DNA of 64,000 nucleotides from a candidate division WOR-3 bacterium (GTDB lineage: Bacteria > Hydrothermota > 32-111), in the NCBI GenBank assembly GCA_037481815.1, contig JBBFKX010000001.1, forward strand, positions 320,001 through 384,000, in the 5' to 3' direction. Every line of letters begins with the position of its first letter. The stretch's first letter is position 1. The notes under the pieces were generated by a model. It was not told the origin of the DNA, did no database searches, and saw only the letters and a program-made list of their open reading frames with translations. Position numbers and translations under genes: made by a program. Below, piece after piece: positions 57,176 to 64,000 of the stretch.

Positions 57176-58928
57176 AGAACTCTCCAAGGAAATATTTTAT
57201 AAGGTTTGGGAATTTTTCAGAAATTATTCCTTTCATATACTCTCTCACCTTTTCAGACGACTTCAAAAGTAAAGCGTTTTTTGCGATCTCTTTTGTTTCC
57301 TCATATGAAAGTTGTTTGATTATCATTTTGATCTCTGGTATGAAAATAGGAGACATCGATAGTTCATCAACTCCAAGTCCTACAAGTATCGGTATAGCTA
57401 TTGGATCAGACGATAGTTCCCCGCATACTCCAGCCCATATGTTTGCTTCATGCGCAGCATCGATCGTGAACTTGATAAGTTTTAAAACAGCAGGATCAAG
57501 AGAATCAAAATATGAGGAAACGTTGTTGTTGTTTCTATCAACTGCAAGAGTATATTGTGTAAGATCGTTTGTACCCAATGAAAAGAAATCCACATACTTT
57601 GCAAACTCTTCAGCCATTATTGCAGCAGATGGAACTTCAACCATTATACCAAGTTCAATATCCTTATCAAAATCGATCTGCTGGTTGAAGAGTTCTTTTT
57701 TTATATCATCAAGAACCATTTTTGCTTTTATAACTTCGTCAATTTTTGAAACCATGGGAAGCATTATCTTCAAATTTTTTTTGGAACTTGCCTTCAATAT
57801 CGCTTTGAACTGGTCCCTCAAGATTTTTTCATTTCCAAGAGAAACTCTGATTCCTCTAAAACCTAAAAATGGATTCTCCTCTTTGTTCCTAACATAGATC
57901 GGTTTATCACCTCCGATATCAACAGTTCTTATAATTACAGAATCGGGAAAAACCGTTTCTGCTATCCTTCTGTAAATGTTTTCCTGCTTTTCTACAGTTG
58001 GATATCCGTTCTCTTCAAGAAATATGAACTCGGTTCGAAAAAGTCCTATTCCCCTTCCACCATACTTTTTAACTTCACCAAGTTCCTCGAGAAGTTCTAT
58101 ATTTGCTGATAGATCTATATTTCTGCCATCTATGGTAACAGATTCTTCATCCTTCATTTCCATTAACTTCAGATTGTAATTTTTGTATTCCTCTTTTCGT
58201 TTTTTAAAAGTTTTTTCAGAATTTTCATCTGGATCGATGATCACCGTTCCAGTATAACCATCAACAATAACAATATCACCATCGTTGACATTTGAAAGAA
58301 AATTTTTAACATTTACCACAGCAGGAATGTTAAGTGCCCTTGCGAGTATCGATGAATGACTCGTCATCCCTCCACTTTCTGTTACGATCCCCAGTATACT
58401 ATTTTTATCGAATTTCATCGTTTCGGCTGGAGTCAGGTTGAACGCTCCTATTATTATTTCTTCAAAAGATTTTATAGATTCTTCATCCCTGTTTTTTAAC
58501 CTTTTTAAAACTCTGTTCATAACATCTATTATATCGAAACTTCTCTCTTTAAGATATTTGTTATCCGTCTTCTGCATTTTTTCAAGTATTTCGGATACAA
58601 CATTTTTATAAACCGATTCAGCATTCTTTTTTGTTTCCCTTATATTCTTTATACTTTTTTCTATAACACTTTTATCCTCAAGTGCAAGGATCTGTGCTTC
58701 AAAAATTTCCTCGTACTGGTTACCAACCGTCTCCTTAATGTTTTTTTTACTCTCAAGAAGTTCTTTCTTTGATTCTTCTATAGCAGTTAAAAATCTTTCA
58801 ACCTCTTTTTCTATATCTTTAATATCATATTCCTGTATAACCTCTATTTTGTTACTCAAAATTTTGATTTTACCTTTCACAAGACCTGGAGATGCAGGAT
58901 AACCTCTTAAAATTATATTACTCTTCAT
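57165..58928 (-). CDS. ptsI: PTS enzyme I
   Basis: GG.TSHSSILAR, GIGLFRTE, E.NPFLG.RG.R, GTNDLTQY, GVCGE. Likely start ATG 58928. Confidence 0.97.
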   Translation of the reverse strand: MKSNIILRGYPASPGLVKGKIKILSNKIEVIQEYDIKDIEKEVERFLTAIEESKKELLESKKNIKETVGNQYEEIFEAQILALEDKSVIEKSIKNIRETKKNAESVYKNVVSEILEKMQKTDNKYLKERSFDIIDVMNRVLKRLKNRDEESIKSFEEIIIGAFNLTPAETMKFDKNSILGIVTESGGMTSHSSILARALNIPAVVNVKNFLSNVNDGDIVIVDGYTGTVIIDPDENSEKTFKKRKEEYKNYNLKLMEMKDEESVTIDGRNIDLSANIELLEELGEVKKYGGRGIGLFRTEFIFLEENGYPTVEKQENIYRRIAETVFPDSVIIRTVDIGGDKPIYVRNKEENPFLGFRGIRVSLGNEKILRDQFKAILKASSKKNLKIMLPMVSKIDEVIKAKMVLDDIKKELFNQQIDFDKDIELGIMVEVPSAAIMAEEFAKYVDFFSLGTNDLTQYTLAVDRNNNNVSSYFDSLDPAVLKLIKFTIDAAHEANIWAGVCGELSSDPIAIPILVGLGVDELSMSPIFIPEIKMIIKQLSYEETKEIAKNALLLKSSEKVREYMKGIISEKFPNLIKYFLGEFYDK

Positions 58929-59187
58929 AAAACCTCTTCTCAAAAAGTTCCTCTACAGCATCCATCGCATCCTTCTCATCAGCCCCGTCGATTCTGAATA
59001 TCAGTTTTGCACCCTGTTCCGCAGCAAGCATCATGATACCCATAATCGATTTTCCATCAACCAGCAGATCATCTCGTTGAATTTCTACTTTTGACTCGAA
59101 TTTACCCAAACTTTTAACAAGAAGAGCCGCTGGTCTTGCATGAAGTCCAAGTTTATTTTTTACAATTACTTCTTTTTCGATCATCAC
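58918..59187 (-). CDS. ptsH: Phosphocarrier protein HPr
   Basis: GLHARPAA, DGKSIMG. Confidence 0.97.
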   Translation of the reverse strand: MMIEKEVIVKNKLGLHARPAALLVKSLGKFESKVEIQRDDLLVDGKSIMGIMMLAAEQGAKLIFRIDGADEKDAMDAVEELFEKRFYEE

Positions 59188-59831
59188 ATTAAAACCTTAA
59201 ATAGTACTTCTAATACAACTCCTAATATAAACAAAAAAATATAGGCAAACTCTTTAAAAGAAATGTTTACCCATACACATAATAAAAAAATTATAACATA
59301 TATACCTATCGAATTCAATATTTTTAAGTTTAAAAATAGTAAAAAGATTGTAAAGAATCCAAACAAGAAATATTTTATTTTTGGAAGAAAAAATCTAAAA
59401 TTTTTGAAGAAAAAAGAAGAATAAAAATTACTTAGAGTTTCACTATTTTTTGCTCCATAATCATAACCGAAAAACCTTAAAGTATTAGTTGAAAAAAAAT
59501 ATAGTACAAAAGGAATTAAAAGAAAATGATAATCGATTCGAAATATATAAACCAACAAAGACACCATTAAAGTTATAGGTTTCAAATTGTTCCAGAATAG
59601 GTCATCTCCAATAAACGCAGAAATACTTGCAAAAATTTCTACTCTTTTTAGATCATCAACTTTTGAGATAAACCCTGAAACGATAGTTGCTAAATAGGGG
59701 TTTGAGTTTATGTGATGGTTGAATTTACCATTTGTAAGTAATTTATAACCAGGCATTTGCATCTCTTCTTCATTCAACAGAACCTGAACGAAAAGTGATT
59801 TTAAAAAAAGTTTATGTTTATCTTTAAACAT
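59184..59831 (-). CDS. Degenerate mannose-family PTS IID component
   Basis: Q...N.E.MQ..GY, N.NPY, IGD.LFW..LKP, R..GY.YG; shorter than usual. Confidence 0.7.
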   Translation of the reverse strand: MFKDKHKLFLKSLFVQVLLNEEEMQMPGYKLLTNGKFNHHINSNPYLATIVSGFISKVDDLKRVEIFASISAFIGDDLFWNNLKPITLMVSLLVYIFRIDYHFLLIPFVLYFFSTNTLRFFGYDYGAKNSETLSNFYSSFFFKNFRFFLPKIKYFLFGFFTIFLLFLNLKILNSIGIYVIIFLLCVWVNISFKEFAYIFLFILGVVLEVLFKVLM

Positions 59832-60430
59832 AAAAATAGTCCTATCAAAGTTCCCACAAAAAATAAAATGGTCCCCAACTTTTTATTTACTTTCGTATAT
59901 TTTATCTGTGCGAGTATCAAAAAAATAGAAATTATAAGAATACTATCTTTTTGTATTTTAAACATGTGAAAGTTTTTTAATAAAAAATATTCCAGTAAAA
60001 GAAAAAACAGATAGGAAAAAAAGGTTATCAATATTGAGAGAATTAAAGCAAGTTTTATTTCAAAATTTTTTGATAGATAAAAATTGATTTTTCTTTTTAA
60101 AACATAAAAATACCCAAAAATCAACGAAGAAAAAATACCAACAAGGATTGAGAACGAGAGAGGATATTTTAAAAAACTGTAAGTTAATAAAGAAGACACA
60201 AAACCCATTTGAAAGTTAGGAGGAGAAACTTTTCCAAGTTGGAGAGAAAAAATCGATAATGTTTGGAAAATTAACAACAAAAACAATAAAGAGTGATCAA
60301 AATTTATTTTTAAAAAGAATGAAAGAACTGGAAAGATAAATACAGGTTCACTGATCAAAGATTGAAATAACATCCTATTATCAAGGAGTAAAATAGAAGA
60401 TATAAGAATCAGATAATAGGTTCTATCCGT
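59801..60430 (-). CDS. Degenerate mannose-family PTS IIC component, probably starting upstream of the track ATG
   Basis: LLLD....Q.LISEP and LG...PP motifs; position before IID/HPr/EI. The frame is open to ACG 60430, with GGAGG 7 nt upstream. Confidence 0.55.
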   Translation of the reverse strand, partial: TDRTYYLILISSILLLDNRMLFQSLISEPVFIFPVLSFFLKINFDHSLLFLLLIFQTLSIFSLQLGKVSPPNFQMGFVSSLLTYSFLKYPLSFSILVGIFSSLIFGYFYVLKRKINFYLSKNFEIKLALILSILITFFSYLFFLLLEYFLLKNFHMFKIQKDSILIISIFLILAQIKYTKVNKKLGTILFFVGTLIGLFLCLKININFF

Positions 60431-61476
60431 TTCGAATCCTCCATGTTGAAATAATGGAATTTATTTTTATTGAAATAGATTTTATAACTCTCTCCAATTT
60501 TAAACCTTTTATGTAAAGTCGTTTTTAAAACAACAGTTTTGTTGAGAATGTTAACATAAAGAAATGTAACATCACCTAAAGATTCAGCAAGTTCAACGAT
60601 CCCTTCCCTGAATATCTCAGTTTCTTTATCTATATAAATGTCTTCAGGTCTTACACCAATATATACATTTTTTAAATCTTTAACATCAAAACCTATTTTA
60701 AAATTGAAGAAATCTGATCTTATTTGACGATTTTCGTAGACATTTTCAAAAATGTTCATTTGAGGTGAACCGATGAATGTTGCACAGAAAAGGTTTGCGG
60801 GTCTATTGTAAAGTGTATCGGGATCAGCGATCTGCATTATCTCTCCATTGTTCATTACAACGATCTTTGAACCCATCGTCATCGCTTCTGTCTGATCATG
60901 TGTAACATATATTATTGTCGTATTTATCTTCTTATGTAATTTCGAAATTTCCGATCTCATTGAAACTCTCATTTTTGCATCAAGGTTTGAGAGTGGTTCA
61001 TCAAAAAGAAAAACTTTTGGTTCTCTTACAATCGCTCTTCCGATTGCAACCCTCTGTCTTTGTCCACCTGATAGTTCCCTCGGTTTACTCTTTGCATATT
61101 TTTCTATACCGAGGATTTCAAGTGCTTCTTTAACCTTTTTATCTATATCTTCTTTTAAATACCCTCTAGTTCTCAAACCAAAAGCAACATTATCATAAAC
61201 ACTCATATGAGGATAGAGAGCATAATTTTGAAAAACCATAGCGACATCTCTATCTTTCGGATGGACATCGTTGACAACCTGCCGATCGATGATTATCTCA
61301 CCTTCAGTTACCTGCTCAAGGCCGGCTATACATCTTAAAAGTGTGGTTTTCCCACAACCTGAAGGTCCAACAAAAACCACAAACTCTTTATCCTCAATTT
61401 CAAGGTTGATATTTTTTAATGCGACATAACCGTTTGGAAAAATTTTTGTTACATTTTTTAGAATAACATCAGCCAC
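60409..61476 (-). CDS. Sugar ABC transporter ATP-binding protein (MalK/UgpC family)
   Basis: GPSGCGKTT, VFQNYALYPHM, LSGGQRQR, FDEPLSNLD, VTHDQ, TOBE-like C-terminus; GTG start. Confidence 0.95.
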   Translation of the reverse strand: MADVILKNVTKIFPNGYVALKNINLEIEDKEFVVFVGPSGCGKTTLLRCIAGLEQVTEGEIIIDRQVVNDVHPKDRDVAMVFQNYALYPHMSVYDNVAFGLRTRGYLKEDIDKKVKEALEILGIEKYAKSKPRELSGGQRQRVAIGRAIVREPKVFLFDEPLSNLDAKMRVSMRSEISKLHKKINTTIIYVTHDQTEAMTMGSKIVVMNNGEIMQIADPDTLYNRPANLFCATFIGSPQMNIFENVYENRQIRSDFFNFKIGFDVKDLKNVYIGVRPEDIYIDKETEIFREGIVELAESLGDVTFLYVNILNKTVVLKTTLHKRFKIGESYKIYFNKNKFHYFNMEDSKRIEPII

Positions 61477-61485
61477 TTTTCACTC

Positions 61486-61896
61486 CTATTCTTTTCCAAT
61501 TTTGAAATAAATATTTGGTTTCCCGGATTTTTCTGTTGCGATATCAGAATTATCGATAACAAAATATAACTTTTTATTTTCAAAGATATAAAACCTTTCA
61601 TCGATAAAAGATTTTGAAACAAAAGTCAAAGGATACTCAAAATATTCTGAATAAAGTTTTGATGAATCTTTAAAAAGATCAAAACCTTTCTTCGAAGAGA
61701 AGAAGAAAATGTCAATAACATAATCAGAATTCAATAGAACTGAATAGAAACCTGGTTCAATTATAATAGAATCAGCAATGATCTCTCCTATTTCCATAGT
61801 TTTTGAAACCTCATAAACTGTAGGATAAAAGAGTGAACATCCTGATATAAAAACAAAAATTATAACCCAAAGTAATCTATTCGTTCTTAACAACAT
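61486..61896 (-). CDS. Hypothetical lipoprotein
   Basis: Lipobox ISGC; LYFVIDN motif. Confidence 0.65.
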   Translation of the reverse strand: MLLRTNRLLWVIIFVFISGCSLFYPTVYEVSKTMEIGEIIADSIIIEPGFYSVLLNSDYVIDIFFFSSKKGFDLFKDSSKLYSEYFEYPLTFVSKSFIDERFYIFENKKLYFVIDNSDIATEKSGKPNIYFKIGKE

Positions 61897-62320
61897 AAAG
61901 ATGTGCTCCTTCGACTCTTACGATTCTAACAAAATCATCTTTTTCGATAACCTTTCCATCATCAGAATATGCTCTCCATCTTACACCATCTATCTCACAT
62001 ACACCTTGATCTTTTGAGTTATCTATGGTTGTAACAACTTTACAAACTCTTCCGATATAAGAATCAACATTTGTTTTCAAACCACCTCTGTCATCTTTTG
62101 AAAGGTATTTTATAAAAATTTTTCTTATCGTGAAAGCAAAAATGATCGAAAGAAAAACAAATATAAAAATCTGTAAAAAAACAAGTTTCGGAAAAAACAA
62201 AGAGAAAAGTGATGAAATCAATGCGGCAAAAGAAAATAGGACAAACAGAAAAAATGGTGTTAAGACCTCGATTATAAACATAATAACAGCAACGATTATC
62301 CAGAAAAGTGATGGAGACAT
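61877..62320 (-). CDS. NfeD-family membrane protein (short form)
   Basis: Three TM segments, then IG....V...I....G...I.G..W.A......I.....V.I..V.G..L.V (OB fold). Confidence 0.88.
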   Translation of the reverse strand: MSPSLFWIIVAVIMFIIEVLTPFFLFVLFSFAALISSLFSLFFPKLVFLQIFIFVFLSIIFAFTIRKIFIKYLSKDDRGGLKTNVDSYIGRVCKVVTTIDNSKDQGVCEIDGVRWRAYSDDGKVIEKDDFVRIVRVEGAHLYVVKNE

Positions 62321-62329
62321 AACTCCTCC

Positions 62330-64000
62330 TTATCTTTCTTTTCTTAAGTACTCAGCAGTATAAGAGTTTTTACATTTTAAGAAATCATCATATCTACCCT
62401 GAAAAAGAAGTTTTCCGCCTTCATCTCCTCCTTCAGGACCTAGATCAATAATCCAGTCAGCAAATTTTATGATATCAATGTTGTGCTCTATCACAACTAA
62501 AGTATTACCTTTTTTAACCAACTTGTCAAGAACTTTAAGTAAAAGTTTAACATCATAAAAATGGAGTCCAGTTGAGGGTTCATCGAGTATGTATAGAGTT
62601 CTTCCAGTATCGGTTCTTGAAAGTTCTTTTGCAAGTTTTATCCTTTGTGCTTCTCCTCCAGAAAGAGAAACCGCAGGTTGTCCAAGTCTAATGTAACCAA
62701 GTCCAACCTCGTTTAAAATTTCCAACTTTTTAACGATTCTGGGGACATCTTTAAAAAGTTCCATAGCGTTTATCACTGTCATGTTCAAAACATCTGAAAT
62801 ATTTTTCCCTTTGTATTTAACCTGCAAAGTTTCCTCGTTGAATCTTTTCCCATTACAAACATCACACTGGACATAAACTGGAGGAAGGAAATACATTTCA
62901 ATCTTTTTGTATCCATCACCTTCACACGACTCACATCTTCCACCTGGAACATTGAAGGAAAATCTACCAGGTTTGTATCCTCTCATCTTTGATTCTTTCA
63001 ACTGTGAAAAGAAATCTCTGATGTATGTAAAAACACCAGTATAGGTCGCTGGATTTGACCTCGGAGTTCTTCCAATAGGTGATTGATCTATATTTATAAC
63101 CTTATCTATAAAATGCAAATTTTCAATTCCATCATGTTTTCCGGGTTTGATTCTCGAAATTTTTAAATATCTTTTGACAGCATTGTAAAGAATATCATTT
63201 ACGAGAGTCGATTTCCCGCTACCGGAAACCCCGGTTACACACACAAAACAGCCAAGAGGAATCTTGACATCAATATTTTTTAAATTGTGTTCAGAGGCAT
63301 TTTTTATCAAAATAAAATTATTTTCGTCAAATTTTCTTTCTTCTTTTCTTTCAAAAACTTTTTCTTTACCGGTCAAAAATTTTCCTGTCAGAGAATCGTT
63401 TGATTTTAAAATTTCATCATAACTTCCTTGAAAAACTATGTCCCCTCCAAAATCTCCGGCTCCAGGGCCAAAATCTATTATATGATCACTCTCTTTTATA
63501 AAATTCTTATCATGTTCAACAACTATCACTGTGTTATCTCTGTCCCTGAGATCTTTTAAAGTTTTGATAAGCAACCTAACATCCCTCTGATGAAGACCGA
63601 TTGATGGTTCATCAAGAACATACAAAACATCGTTTAATCCACTTCCGATCTGGGTTGCAAGATGTACCCTCTGCGCTTCTCCACCTGATAGAGTTTCTAC
63701 TGATCTTTCCAGTGTCAGGTAACCAACACCAACGTTTATGAGAAATTCCAGTCTCTTAACTATTTCCTTGATAAGATCTTTTGAAATCTCCTTCTTTGTT
63801 TCGTCAAAAGAAATTTTATTTTTAAAAAAATCAAGAGAGTCGGAAATATTCATCAGGGTTATCTCATATATGTTCAAACCGTTAATCCTGACTGAAAGGT
63901 ATTCTTTTTTCAATCTCGCACCATTGCATACTTTACATTTTGCGAATATCAGATATTTACCCATTTCCTGTTGCATCCAATCAGAATCTGTGGAATGGTA
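62330..64000 (-). CDS. uvrA: Excinuclease ABC subunit A, C-terminal part (gene starts beyond the window)
   Basis: LSGGEAQR twice, LDEPSIGLHQRD, GVSGSGKS, IGRTPRSNPATY and a zinc finger; the frame is open to 64000. Confidence 0.98.
   Translation of the reverse strand, partial: YHSTDSDWMQQEMGKYLIFAKCKVCNGARLKKEYLSVRINGLNIYEITLMNISDSLDFFKNKISFDETKKEISKDLIKEIVKRLEFLINVGVGYLTLERSVETLSGGEAQRVHLATQIGSGLNDVLYVLDEPSIGLHQRDVRLLIKTLKDLRDRDNTVIVVEHDKNFIKESDHIIDFGPGAGDFGGDIVFQGSYDEILKSNDSLTGKFLTGKEKVFERKEERKFDENNFILIKNASEHNLKNIDVKIPLGCFVCVTGVSGSGKSTLVNDILYNAVKRYLKISRIKPGKHDGIENLHFIDKVINIDQSPIGRTPRSNPATYTGVFTYIRDFFSQLKESKMRGYKPGRFSFNVPGGRCESCEGDGYKKIEMYFLPPVYVQCDVCNGKRFNEETLQVKYKGKNISDVLNMTVINAMELFKDVPRIVKKLEILNEVGLGYIRLGQPAVSLSGGEAQRIKLAKELSRTDTGRTLYILDEPSTGLHFYDVKLLLKVLDKLVKKGNTLVVIEHNIDIIKFADWIIDLGPEGGDEGGKLLFQGRYDDFLKCKNSYTAEYLRKER

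Noticed and set aside
57316..57897. 193-aa plus-strand ORF and the many other 60-140-aa ORFs opposite or inside known genes
   Set aside because: They lie fully within conserved genes, show the Ser/Phe/Ile-rich composition of antisense frames, and have no motifs or SD.
1..64000. CRISPR array, rRNA, IS or prophage, defence systems
   Set aside because: No intergenic gap exceeds about 190 bp, and no spaced repeats or corresponding protein motifs were seen.

Overview
AT-rich (roughly 30% GC by eye), very gene-dense bacterial chromosome segment in standard code 11, with about 65 CDS, mostly on the minus strand in long overlapping-gene operons, and one tRNA-Pro(CGG). PorV-like and other beta-barrel proteins, lipoproteins, a four-subunit 2-oxoacid:ferredoxin oxidoreductase and butyrate kinase suggest a diderm, anaerobic, probably amino-acid-fermenting organism, plausibly from an FCB-related candidate lineage (inference only). 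Housekeeping genes dominate (scpA, fbp, ychF, priA, recN, nadK, prmC/prfA, nadE, rmuC, pcm/surE, tsaE, coaX, hflX, ispD/F, ahcY/metK, ptsI/H, uvrA). There is also a complete polyamine operon and a crtI-crtB-lycopene cyclase carotenoid cluster. I saw no mobile element, CRISPR array or rRNA. The most interesting items come from the short intergenic gaps and fine sequence detail: (1) a candidate 25-codon leader peptide with its own SD that overlaps the speD start; (2) enrichment of Bacteroidota-type D-S/T-(AILVMT) O-glycosylation sequons in exported proteins; (3) eleven sigma70-like promoters that all have a 16-bp spacer, five apparently driving leaderless mRNAs; (4) an unannotated 28-aa membrane peptide gene with a consensus promoter and SD; (5) tandem SGNH paralogs sharing a 347-bp identical block, one split by an in-frame amber codon; (6) a tRNA whose 5' end overlaps the pcm stop codon; (7) a probable ACG start for a PTS IIC gene. 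All calls were made by eye; no searches were run.
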